In this document: positions 9,956 through 20,300 of the stretch, in pieces
How the letters are laid out: every line of letters starts with the position of its first letter
How positions within the stretch are numbered: the stretch's first letter is position 1
Notes under the pieces: model-generated
Seen by the model: only the letters and a program-made list of their open reading frames with translations
Database searches by the model: none
What the model was told of the DNA's origin: nothing
Source: Chlorobiota bacterium
Lineage (GTDB): Bacteria > Bacteroidota > Ignavibacteria > Kapaibacteriales > UBA2268
Assembly (NCBI GenBank): GCA_046290495.1
Contig: JBKAGT010000005.1
Location: forward strand, 897,550-961,549
Direction: 5' to 3'
DNA length: 64,000 bases
Position numbers and translations under genes: made by a program

Positions 9956-12013
9956 TTATTGTCTGTGTTTTAGAGGTGTAGTGATTTCTATAATAACTGT
10001 TCTGTTATAAAATCTCCCTTCAGGAATATCATTATCATATATCAATGTTTCCCCTACTCCTTTGCTGAATATATTCTCTGGAACAACTCGTTGTTTAATT
10101 GATGTTTCCACTGATTCAGCCCTATCTATAGATAGCTGATTGTTGTATTCATCTGTACCCAACTTATCTGTAAATCCAGTTATACTCACAGATGAGTTTG
10201 TGTTTATTCTACTTAGAATTGTTTTAAAAATATTCTTATTTTCTTCATTTATCAATGGTTTGTCATAGTCAAAGAAAATCAAATTGTATCTCTCAACCAC
10301 TGAATCTTGTACTATCTCGCCATCATAATATTTAGATTTTTTCTCATACACTATTGGTATAGCAGTGCTTGCTTCGTCGGTGTTGTCCTCACTGTCAACA
10401 ACAGTAAGTTTTGCAGAAACATTATTTCCAGCTACATCTCTTCTTGCTAACTCTATCATTTCATCCCTGTCAAAATCCCACTGCATCGAGCTCGAAGGAG
10501 ATCCACTTCCACTTTCCTCCCACATTTGAGAATCGTCAATATTATTTATTTTAATAGCCCAGCTTTCAAGATTTTCACCATATTCTACTTTTGGTTCTAG
10601 TACAATTGCTTCAGGTATAATCTCGCTATCATAAGTAATCAATCTCACAGGTGCTAAGATTTCATAACTGTCAGTAGTTAATTCTACTCTTCTGTTTTCC
10701 TGCCTTCCTTCATCAATAGTCCTATTTGATATATCTTCTGGTAACTGACGTGATTTTGTGATGATTCTATCAGCAGAGATACCCCAAGTGTTTACCAAAT
10801 AATCTTTTACACTCTGTGTTCTTGATGAAGCCAATTCATTCAGGTTATCGCCATCGTCAAGAGGTTCAACACACCCAGTTACAGTTAGTTTTGCATTTGT
10901 ATTCAGTTGCATTCTGCTACCAACAATATTCAATATATTATGGTAAACTGCTAAGACAGAATCTTCGAGTGTAGATTCATCAAATCTATTTGCTTCTGAG
11001 CTACTCAAGGTCTTATATCTTGCTATTAATTCTGAGTCTCCAGCATCAAAGAAGATATAAGGAAGTATAGGTATGTAGTTATTATTAACCTCTTCAGTAA
11101 CTTTTATTTGTCCATACTCAAGTAAAGTACCATCATCCAATAAATTCTTAGCTTTTATTGATGCAATCGGGCTAGGGCCAAAAGTAGGTCTTGTCTCTTT
11201 AACAGGAGCAGGGTCAGGAGTAGGCGCAACTTCCTTGATTACAATTGTTTCTGGAGTTCCTAACTCATATTTGAGGGCTAGACCTGCATGAATGGTGCTA
11301 ACCGACCATTCATTATTACTTAGTACATTCGTAAAAGGAAAAAAATAGCCAACTTCAGGGCTTAAGTATAAATTATCAGAAATTGAATAATCTGCCCCAA
11401 TCAAAGCATGAGCTGTAATTCTTAAACTAGTTTCAGTGTTAGGGTTGTCATCAAAATTAGCAGAAGCAATTTGCCTGCTAGATTCACCATTCCTAAAATT
11501 TACTCCAAGTGGTTGCTGTATTTCTTCAACTTGGGTGTATGACGCATGTGTGGGAATTGCTAAACCAGGGCCAAGAGCAAAATAGATTTTATCTGTTAAG
11601 TAATATGCCCCCAATGCTTCTATCTGTATATAATCCAGTGATACATCCAACTGATGCTCAGTTATTATATTTACCAATGTACCATCATCAAGTGAGATTC
11701 TCGGTGTATCATCTGGTGAATTTTCAAAATCACCATCTGCCTTATGAAAAAACGCTCTTCCAAATAGAGAGAAGTCTGTATTTAATGGGATTTCTAAACT
11801 GTTACCAGCTAACCAAGCTAGGCCTGTACCATCTTCAAATGTTCCACAGACTAACATTCCGTCGTAACTACTGAATTGACCAGAGTGCATATTCAAAGCA
11901 CCTGCGCCAAACATTCCTATCCTTATATTTCTCTCAGTTTTCTCCTGTTGCGAGAATAATGAGTTTCCTGCTATTAAAACAATAGCCGTTATAATTAGTA
12001 AAGTCTTTTTCAA
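9956..12013 (-). CDS. OmpA-family outer membrane protein (N-terminal beta-barrel, Pro-rich linker, two OmpA_C-like peptidoglycan-binding domains)
   Basis: Signal peptide; ...TGFTDKLGTDEYNNQLSIDRAESV... and ...TGCVEPLDDGDNLNELASSRTQSVKDYL...NRRVEL OmpA_C motifs. Confidence 0.8.
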   Translation of the reverse strand: MKKTLLIITAIVLIAGNSLFSQQEKTERNIRIGMFGAGALNMHSGQFSSYDGMLVCGTFEDGTGLAWLAGNSLEIPLNTDFSLFGRAFFHKADGDFENSPDDTPRISLDDGTLVNIITEHQLDVSLDYIQIEALGAYYLTDKIYFALGPGLAIPTHASYTQVEEIQQPLGVNFRNGESSRQIASANFDDNPNTETSLRITAHALIGADYSISDNLYLSPEVGYFFPFTNVLSNNEWSVSTIHAGLALKYELGTPETIVIKEVAPTPDPAPVKETRPTFGPSPIASIKAKNLLDDGTLLEYGQIKVTEEVNNNYIPILPYIFFDAGDSELIARYKTLSSSEANRFDESTLEDSVLAVYHNILNIVGSRMQLNTNAKLTVTGCVEPLDDGDNLNELASSRTQSVKDYLVNTWGISADRIITKSRQLPEDISNRTIDEGRQENRRVELTTDSYEILAPVRLITYDSEIIPEAIVLEPKVEYGENLESWAIKINNIDDSQMWEESGSGSPSSSMQWDFDRDEMIELARRDVAGNNVSAKLTVVDSEDNTDEASTAIPIVYEKKSKYYDGEIVQDSVVERYNLIFFDYDKPLINEENKNIFKTILSRINTNSSVSITGFTDKLGTDEYNNQLSIDRAESVETSIKQRVVPENIFSKGVGETLIYDNDIPEGRFYNRTVIIEITTPLKHRQ

Positions 12014-12024
12014 TTCACATCTAT

Positions 12025-15000
12025 TTATTTAGTGATTATTACTACTTTATTATATAAAACCTTAGAACCATATTTCAACCTAACTACATAAGTCCCGTTA
12101 GTTAAATCTATGGTGTTTATTTTGAATTCTTTTGCCGTTTTACTGCTAACATTGATACTATTCTGATACGCTTTCTTACCAAGAGGATTATATATTTCTA
12201 ATTCAAACTCTTTATTCTCTTGATCATAAATAAAGACATTCATTTCAGCCCCTACTGGTACAGGGTATATATTGAATATAGTTGAATTCTCTGTTAATAC
12301 TTGGCTATCGCGTCCGCCGCAAAGTCCTTCTACATAAAATTCTGCATTCTTTCCTGTCAAACATACATTTTGTAAGGTATGGTTTTCAACCTGTATAGGT
12401 GTATAGTGAGAGTTACCTCTCAGCACCTCATACTCTATCCCAAATGCAGCACCATCAGCAACAAGACCTGTTTGCCAAGCAATTGTCATAACAGCTTCGT
12501 TTACGTTTCTCTTGGTTATGTCTGTACTTGCCTGATCTATCTGAGGACCGCCGTTCAGCTCTACTATTCTTAATGGATATAGAATAGTTGAATTATAGCT
12601 GGTAGAGATTTCTAAATTAGTCAACGGATTTCCAGCATCAATTCTGCTAATGTCATAAGGAATGATAAATCTCTCACCTGGATCATAGTAATGCTCAACC
12701 TCGCTAGGCTCTAACACAATATCAGGTAGTATCACAGCCGTAACAGGTATATCGGCACTACCAAATGAACCACCAATTTCAATTATTTCGTTTATCACAC
12801 CTGCACTATTCCCAGAAATTGAAACTGTTAGTGTCATTGACTCCCTTGGATTCAGAGTTGTATCAATCGAACCTGGTATTATTATAGGTGAAGTGGGATC
12901 ATCTTTTTTAATCCTATCTATTGTCATCGTTTCAAAACTACTAGGATTTTCTATCAGTACTGTTCTGACCAATGAATCACCAGAACACAAAGTGCCAAAG
13001 TCTAATTCCGTGACTGAGAATCTTACACTTTTTGACCTAACTACATAACATAGTGGTATGATTACTGTAGAGTCTTGATTTCCATCGTGTTCGAATTGAA
13101 TATCTATTTTAAAAGTTCCTTCTGTAGCAGGTGTGAAATCGACGAATAATTCTTCCGTGCCACCTGGAGTTATGTTAAGAGGAAAGTTTTGAGTGACATT
13201 GTATAGACTTACGTTTCCACCTATAAATTGAAAACCAGCAACAGCAATATCTCTATCTCCTGGATTTTCTAAAATTATGGAAGACTGGTATATTTTATCT
13301 TTTTCATAGACTAATGTGTCGCAACCACTAGGACCATATCCAGTCAAATACTTCAGCAATCCTGTTCCTGTTAGCCCACTAGGGTAAGCCCTGTCTGCTA
13401 TGTGTATTATCGCACTACTAAGTTGTCCGCCTCTTTCTGATGGACTAAATTCAATACATATTTCTAAAGTACTATCAGGTGGTATATCTACTCTACCACT
13501 TGGACTTACAATTCGGTAGCTACCTGCTGGTGAAATTGAAATAGAATCAATATATGTAGTGTCAGTACCGTTATTTTTAATTGCTTCGAAACAAATTGTA
13601 GTGTCGCTTCCAACAAATATTTCACCAAACTCCTGTGAGTTAGTTACAATTTCAATTGATGATTTTATACCAGTTCCTGTTAGCTTGACAGTATCTGTCA
13701 TATAGCCAATGTTGAACAGTAGAAGGCCACTTCTATCACCCTCAGCAGATGGCCTAAACCAAGCATTTATTCTTCGAGATTGCCCCGGTTGTAATACAAA
13801 ATTAGAAGTATCACCAGTGAAGAAGAACTCCCCCGTATTGCTTAATCTAAAACCTTCTACTTCCACTGGTAAAAGCCATGTGTTTCTAATTGTTATTGGG
13901 ATACTGTCGGATATTCTTCCTACTTCTTCTGGGCTGAATGCCGCATCATTAGCTGACAGAGGTTGATAAACTTCAACACCATTCATAGCATTATCAGAAT
14001 TATCCTTACCACCAAAAACTAATGCTAAATTATTTCCATCTATCACAACTTCACGGTTTGAACCTTGCTCCGCAAGGTCTCCGAGTTGAGACCAAATGCC
14101 TGTAGGAGAATCAATAGTTGGTAATGTATAATATTCCGTTTCCCTCATAGCACCTGAAGAATTATTACCACCTACTATCAAATATGAACGAGATGAATCA
14201 GAGATACCACCTATAAATGTAATATCAGATTCGGCCCTTGGACGGAACATATTTGCAGTATATTTCCAGCCAGCTTTTACGTCATACCATTCGCAAGTGT
14301 TTTGGGCATTTCCGTTTTCATCATACCCACCAACAACTCTCGCAATACCACCAATATCAACAAAATTGGCTCCTAAGTATCTATATTCTCTTGGAGCAAA
14401 TGCGTGGGAGCTCCAAGCATCATTTTCAAATAGTTCTGTAGATGTAGCAGCACCTTCTTCTCCACCTGCCGTAATTACTAAATCATCACCATTTGCATCT
14501 AATATTGTTCCTAGAAAATGACTTGCTCTTTCTTTTCCCATATCTGGCAGTGAAAATAATCTATTATTAGAAATTTCTATATATTCGGATGATGATAGCT
14601 TAGTACCACTTCTAAGTGGACCACCATTCTGGTCTATTCCACCATTTATAATTATTCTACCAGCTTTATCCCAAGCAGCATTGCAATCGCCTCTGCCGAC
14701 ATCCATATCATCTAAGCTAATCCAATTAATATTAACTTGACCGTTTTGATAATTAACCCTCTCTACAGTTCTGACTGAGCTGTAGTTACCAGAGTTGCCT
14801 GAGTATCCACCAATCACAAAAATACTTGCACCATTGTTAGATGGTATAGATACAAGTGAATGATATGCTCTTGGTGATGACATAGATGCTACCTTTCTGT
14901 AATCCCCAGAAGTGTAATTATAAATATATACTGAGTTTACAGAATTTCCTGACGAGTTTATCCCTCCACAAACCAATATATTTCCATCTGGCAAAAGAGT

Positions 15001-15126
15001 TGTGGTATGTCCGTGTAGGGCTTCGGGCATAGGTGGCATAGAGCGCCACTCGGGAGTTGTAGTCTGGCTGTAGTTCGTTTGCAGCGTAAAAAAACAAGTG
15101 ATAAAAACTATTACTATTTTTTTCAT
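12025..15126 (-). CDS. Kelch/galactose-oxidase-like beta-propeller protein with Ig-like domains and T9SS C-terminal domain
   Basis: Kelch-like repeats (LVCGGINSSG, VIGGYSGNSG, IINGGIDQNGG, VVGGYDENGN, LIVGGNNSSG, LVFGGKDNSDN); C-terminus NGTYVVRLKYGSKVLYNKVVIITK; signal peptide. Confidence 0.8.
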   Translation of the reverse strand: MKKIVIVFITCFFTLQTNYSQTTTPEWRSMPPMPEALHGHTTTLLPDGNILVCGGINSSGNSVNSVYIYNYTSGDYRKVASMSSPRAYHSLVSIPSNNGASIFVIGGYSGNSGNYSSVRTVERVNYQNGQVNINWISLDDMDVGRGDCNAAWDKAGRIIINGGIDQNGGPLRSGTKLSSSEYIEISNNRLFSLPDMGKERASHFLGTILDANGDDLVITAGGEEGAATSTELFENDAWSSHAFAPREYRYLGANFVDIGGIARVVGGYDENGNAQNTCEWYDVKAGWKYTANMFRPRAESDITFIGGISDSSRSYLIVGGNNSSGAMRETEYYTLPTIDSPTGIWSQLGDLAEQGSNREVVIDGNNLALVFGGKDNSDNAMNGVEVYQPLSANDAAFSPEEVGRISDSIPITIRNTWLLPVEVEGFRLSNTGEFFFTGDTSNFVLQPGQSRRINAWFRPSAEGDRSGLLLFNIGYMTDTVKLTGTGIKSSIEIVTNSQEFGEIFVGSDTTICFEAIKNNGTDTTYIDSISISPAGSYRIVSPSGRVDIPPDSTLEICIEFSPSERGGQLSSAIIHIADRAYPSGLTGTGLLKYLTGYGPSGCDTLVYEKDKIYQSSIILENPGDRDIAVAGFQFIGGNVSLYNVTQNFPLNITPGGTEELFVDFTPATEGTFKIDIQFEHDGNQDSTVIIPLCYVVRSKSVRFSVTELDFGTLCSGDSLVRTVLIENPSSFETMTIDRIKKDDPTSPIIIPGSIDTTLNPRESMTLTVSISGNSAGVINEIIEIGGSFGSADIPVTAVILPDIVLEPSEVEHYYDPGERFIIPYDISRIDAGNPLTNLEISTSYNSTILYPLRIVELNGGPQIDQASTDITKRNVNEAVMTIAWQTGLVADGAAFGIEYEVLRGNSHYTPIQVENHTLQNVCLTGKNAEFYVEGLCGGRDSQVLTENSTIFNIYPVPVGAEMNVFIYDQENKEFELEIYNPLGKKAYQNSINVSSKTAKEFKINTIDLTNGTYVVRLKYGSKVLYNKVVIITK

Positions 15127-15284
15127 ATTACGAATCTCAAGCCATTTTTTAGAATTCTAATACAGCTAAAATAATAATTAATTTGATTTATTGAAATTAT
15201 TATGGTTAAAATATAAAAATTATATTCTTTAAGTGATTGTGAAGTATGTTTTTAGAGTTGGGGTAGTACATTAATGAGTCTGAA

Positions 15285-15833
15285 TCAGAACCGAGTAGTC
15301 GCCTCATACTCCCTGAAGAAAAATGACATTTTCAGATATTCCTCTAGGCATGTGAGTTTGTGGAATAATTCAATCTCATGAGGCATCAATTCCCACATAG
15401 ATGTCTCTAGTTTGAAACCGTTTATATTTATTGAAAAGAAAAAGTTCAATAAAAATGAATAATCACCTGTTTTAACACACTCAGGTACAGTATTACTTTT
15501 TAAAGAATCTACATAATGAATAATATTCTTATATTCTCCTTCCCCAATATTTCTCATTTTTTCCATCTTAGAATAATTAGAATACTTATACACTTCAAAA
15601 TAGTTGTAGTCATACTTTTCACTATATTTTTTAATCAAGAGATATTGAGTTACAAATTTTGGGACTGGTTTCGAAGGGTAGCCAATAGAATAATGACTAA
15701 ATGAATACATGATATATTCACCCTCTAATTCTTCATAGTTTGTAAACAACAAACTGTCATCTGTTTCAATTGTTCTATTAGAAGAACAACCAAATGATAA
15801 GACTAATGCTAATATGATGAGTGTTTTTTTCAT
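15285..15833 (-). CDS. Hypothetical lipoprotein
   Basis: MKKTLIILALVLSFGCSSN lipobox. Confidence 0.55.
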   Translation of the reverse strand: MKKTLIILALVLSFGCSSNRTIETDDSLLFTNYEELEGEYIMYSFSHYSIGYPSKPVPKFVTQYLLIKKYSEKYDYNYFEVYKYSNYSKMEKMRNIGEGEYKNIIHYVDSLKSNTVPECVKTGDYSFLLNFFFSININGFKLETSMWELMPHEIELFHKLTCLEEYLKMSFFFREYEATTRF

Positions 15834-15950
15834 GATGATTTAAAGTAAAATATGAACTTGTTTAATTGAACAATTAAAAAAATATTAGTCTTAATTGATA
15901 TTGTGCATTCGCTAGTGTGAAACAACTAACAAAAAGTACTATGAAGAGTG

Positions 15951-16062
15951 CTTTTTTCATCCATCAATCTACCAAAAACCAGCCCAAAACAACAAATTCA
16001 TAATATTTTCGCAAGTTAAGTTATGTCACAATACACAAAAATATTATCGGCTATTTAAGTTA
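15951..16062. repeat. Direct repeat copy 1 (~110 bp, ~85-90% identical to 16805..16918): divergent promoter module with truncated gene starts on both strands
   Basis: Shared core ccaaaaaccagcccaaaacaacaaattcataatattttcg. Copy 1 carries minus-strand remnant MKKALFIVLFVSCFTLANAQ... (15960..15874) and plus-strand remnant MSQYTKILSAI-stop (16023..16058). Confidence 0.7.
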
Positions 16063-16068
16063 AAGAAT

Positions 16069-16644
16069 TTATTTATAGTTAGTTAAAGTTGATACTATTT
16101 CATCACGATTATATTCATTAATTGTAATAATCATATCATTATATTCATTTTTATTTATATCTGTAGAATCAACATTTTCTTTATACATTTTTAAAACATC
16201 ATTCTTATTCATTCCTAATAGTAACCTAACTAGGTAGTACCTTGAATCAGTTTTAGATGGTTTTCCTTTTGCATAATATTCTTTATAATATTTCTTTGCT
16301 ACATTGTGTTTGTCTATTGCATCATAGTATAATCCTAAAAAAAAACTATATTCTACACTATCTACAATTTTACTATTTAACTTGTGTATGTTGTTTAAAC
16401 CTTTTTGAATGGAATCCTTACTTTTTGTTGTTGAATAAGTAATTAATAGATTCCAATAAGCATTACTATTTAAAGAGTCAATTTCAATAGATTTATTGAA
16501 ATATTTTATTGCTGAATCTATTTGTCCATTTACACTAAAAGACATAGCTTTATTGCTATACTCTATTTGTTTATGATTTTGAGGTTCTTCATTACTACAG
16601 CTAGGCAATAACAAAGCAATAACCGTTAACAAAAATATTTTCAT
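16069..16644 (-). CDS. TPR-like lipoprotein (hypothetical)
   Basis: Start chosen at MKIFLLTVIALLLPSCS (lipobox); ORF track extends to 16701; helical repeat-rich sequence. Confidence 0.55.
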   Translation of the reverse strand: MKIFLLTVIALLLPSCSNEEPQNHKQIEYSNKAMSFSVNGQIDSAIKYFNKSIEIDSLNSNAYWNLLITYSTTKSKDSIQKGLNNIHKLNSKIVDSVEYSFFLGLYYDAIDKHNVAKKYYKEYYAKGKPSKTDSRYYLVRLLLGMNKNDVLKMYKENVDSTDINKNEYNDMIITINEYNRDEIVSTLTNYK

Positions 16645-16804
16645 AGGATCACATATTTTTAAAATGCATGATAAAAATTTACCATTCTTATCAACTTTCA
16701 ATACTGTTCTTTTTTAATACGAACATCCCGTCTCACTAAGTGAGCCACCCACACTAAAGACGTGGCAAGCTCCTCTTTACAAAAAGGGGAATTAATAAAA
16801 GTAT

Positions 16805-16918
16805 TTTTTTTCATTAAACAATATACCAAAACCAGCCCAAAACAACAAATTCATAATATTTTCGTAAATTGGACTATGTCTCGTTACACAAACATACTAT
16901 CAGCTATTTTGATATTGG
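16805..16918. repeat. Direct repeat copy 2 (intact promoter and 5' end of the Cys/His-rich gene)
   Basis: See copy 1; here the plus-strand gene continues intact (MSRYTNILSAILILVF...). Confidence 0.7.
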
Positions 16919-17304
16919 TGTTCACACTCTCAACAACTGGGATTGTGATGAACAAACACAAATGCAAAGGAAATGTAAAAGGCGTTTCTGCCTTTGTGCA
17001 GCCGGAGCAGTGCGAACATAGTGAACAAGCCACTGAGCAGATGCCTAAGTGCCACCAAAAGCAAGAAAAAGAAAAGAAAAAATGTTGCGAGAATGACTCC
17101 GAACAGCTTAAAAACACGGAGCAGACGCTAACATACCACAAAATCTCAATAGAGAAGCAGTTAGTGCTAACAGCTGCAATCTATGCTTTTTCACCCGATA
17201 TTATAGGTGAAAAAACGGTTGACAAATCATCCACTTATGAGCAGCCGCCGCCGAAAACACAGCGGCAATTACTCCACAAAATATACGAACAATACCTAAT
17301 CTAA
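16876..17304 (+). CDS. Small membrane-anchored Cys/His-rich protein, possible metal-binding partner of the downstream HME-RND pump
   Basis: One N-terminal TM segment, then HKCKGNVKG...EQCEHSE...PKCHQKQEKEKKKCCEND; positioned directly upstream of the RND operon. Confidence 0.5.
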   Translation: MSRYTNILSAILILVFTLSTTGIVMNKHKCKGNVKGVSAFVQPEQCEHSEQATEQMPKCHQKQEKEKKKCCENDSEQLKNTEQTLTYHKISIEKQLVLTAAIYAFSPDIIGEKTVDKSSTYEQPPPKTQRQLLHKIYEQYLI

Positions 17305-17362
17305 ACTCTATTTTTCTGAAGAAGTTGAATACCTTTTTTGAAAAATTATTGGAGTTTTTATC

Positions 17363-20300
17363 GTGGTCAATCAGATCATAAAATTTTTTCTAGACAATAG
17401 ACTTATTACATTTCTATTGCTATCATTATTAGTGCTATGGGGCATAGCTGTTTCCCCTTTCAATTGGGAAGCAACGGACAGTATTAATGCACCTGTTGCT
17501 GTGGATGCTATACCAGACATTGGCGAAAACCAACAGATTGTTTTCACCGATTGGTCTGGGCGTTCACCACAGGATATTGACAACCAAATCACTTATCCAC
17601 TAACTACTTACTTGCTTGGAATACCTGGCGTTAAGTCTATTCGTAGTTCCTCTATGTTCGGTATATCAAGTATCTATATTATATTCGAAGACGACGTAGA
17701 ATACTATTGGAGTAGAACTCGGATATTAGAGAAACTGAACTCTATTCCCTTTGGCTTGCTGCCCGATGGTGTCTCCCCTGCTCTGGGACCAGATGCTACT
17801 GCACTCGGTCAGGTCTATTGGTACACACTGGAAGGCAGAGACGAAGACGGCAACCCGGCTGGTGGTTGGGATTTGGATGAACTCCGCTCAGTGCAAGATT
17901 TCTATGTAAAATATGGGCTAAATTCAGCCAAAGGTGTGTCCGAAGTGGCCTCCGTTGGTGGGTTTGTGCGTGAGTATCAGGTAGATGTGAAGCCAGAAGC
18001 ACTTCGTCAATTCGGTATCAGTATAGAACAAGTGATTGACGCTGTTCAGAAATCAAACAAGGACGTAGGTGCTAAGACTATGGAGATAAACAAGGTGGAA
18101 TACCTGATCCGTGGGCTTGGCTACATCAAAAGCATAGAAGATTTGGAACAAGCAGTTGTCCGCACGGTTGACAACACTCCTATAACCATCAAAGATATTG
18201 CAATAGTAAAGCTTGGGCCAGCTGACCGACGTGGTATGCTTGACAAAAATGGCTACGAAGCAGTTGGTGGTGTTGTGGTCGCTCGCTATGGTGCTAACCC
18301 AATGGAAGTGATAGAGAATGTGAAAGAAAAGATTGCCGAAATCTCAAAAGGGCTGCCACAAAAAGAATTAGCTGATGGTACTATATCTAAGCTGGAGATT
18401 GTTCCTTTCTACGATCGTTCCACATTGATACAAGAAACGCTACACACGTTGGAAGAAGCCCTTTCCCTTGAAATATTAATTACTATCATCGTAATATTGC
18501 TGATGGTCGCTAATATTAGGGCTTCAGTGGTTATTACTATTGTGCTCCCCGTTTCAATACTAATGGTATTCATAGCAATGAAATATGCTGGAGTAACTGC
18601 AAATATTGTGGCACTTTCGGGTATTGCCATAGCCATTGGTACTATGGTTGACTTGGCAATTATATTAGTAGAAAACATAGTGAAATACCGCGAGGAACAT
18701 CCAGATATGAAGCTGTTGGATGCTATATATACTGGTAGTGCGGAAGTTAGTACGTCGATTTTGACTGCAGTTACGACTACAATTATTAGCTTTGTACCCG
18801 TGTTTATGTTGCAGGGTGCAGAGGGCAAATTATTTATACCACTTGCATTTACTAAAACATTCGCTCTTATAGCTGCCGTGATTGTTACGTTGCTAATAAT
18901 TCCAGCCATCACTTATGTGCTATTTTCCATTAGAAATAAGTCAAACACTAAGAGCTACATTCTTCCAATTGGGGTTATATTGCTTGGTGTTGGCTCTGTC
19001 TTTTTCATCTCAACAATCGTTAGTATTACTATAGTTGCTATAGGGGTATTGCTTTTCATAGCTGAGAAAAGTCCAGAGAAAAAAGGCCTGATTTCGGGTG
19101 TTAATATTTACCTTTCCACTTTCCTTGTGGCTTATGTTTTGGCTGACTATTGGATGCCTCTTGGACCTTCGGAATCATTATTGCTAAACTTTATTTTCGT
19201 GGCATTAATGATTGCCGTGATTATAGGACTTTTCAAATTAACAATTCGATATTATGAATCGATACTCAGATGGTGTTTAGAAAATAAACTAATATTCCTT
19301 TCTATACCAACATTTATCTTATTCTTGGGTATTATGTCATGGTTCGGTTTCCCAAAAATCTTTAGCTTTGTTGGCAGTGGGTTCAACGCTGTTGGGGTTG
19401 ATGTAGAGAATACTAAAGCATGGAATAATATGTCATCGCTTTTCCCTGGACTTGGTGAGGAGTTTATGCCTGCGTTGGACGAAGGATCATTCTTACTAAT
19501 GCCTACTTCAATGCCATACACTGGGGTGCAGAAGAATCGTGAGTTATTGCAGAACTTAGACCTTGCCGTGCAGCAAATTCCAGAAGTGGCAATGGTGGTA
19601 GGTAAAGCAGGAAGAGTGGAAAGTGCACTCGACCCAGCACCGCTATCAATGTTTGAAAATATAGTCAATTATAAGTCAGAGTATGTCACAGATGAAGACG
19701 GTAGTAGACTGAAATTCAAAGTAGATGACGACGGCAACTTCATCACCAATTATGGTGACACATTCGACAATGAAACTGCTATATTAAGTGGACTTGAAAT
19801 TGATGATTTGATTGAAGATGAAGACGGCGAGAATTACAGACAGTGGCGGAAAGCAATAAAAAACACTGATGATATATGGAATGAGATAGTGAAACATAGC
19901 GATTTCCCAGAGATTACATCAGCACCAAAGTTGCAACCGATTGAAACAAGATTGGTTATGCTTCAAACAGGAATGCGTGCACCTATGGGAATTAAGGTCT
20001 ATGGCCAAGATTTGGAGACAATAGAGTCATTCGGATTGAAATTAGAAGAAGTACTAAAAAATGTACCATCTGTAAAATCGGAAGCAGTTTTTGCTGATAG
20101 AGTTGTTGGGAAACCATACATTCATATTAATATAGACAGGAATGCTATTGCTCGCTATGGGTTGAAAGTCAATGATATTCAGAATGTAATAGAGACGGCA
20201 ATTGGTGGCATACCACTCACCAAGACTGTGGAGGGTAGAGAGCGGTATTCAATTAGAGTACGTTACCCAAGGGAGCTGCGTGATGAACCCGATGAATTGC

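Noticed and set aside
9956-12013. Considered annotating the OmpA-family gene as PorP/SprF or PorE of the T9SS
   Set aside because: The N-terminus lacks the PorP/SprF QQDPxFSQY-type signature and the domain order does not match PorE (TPR, propeller, CRD, OmpA); kept as generic OmpA-family.
16720-16795. Locally GC-rich segment with short palindromes (ctcactaagtgag; ccac..gtgg) that looked like a possible small RNA or riboswitch upstream of the metal-efflux locus
   Set aside because: No convincing extended secondary structure. It lies inside a short minus-strand ORF (MKKNTFINSPFCKEELATSLVWVAHLVRRDVRIKKEQY) and a divergent promoter region, so a remnant coding sequence is more parsimonious.
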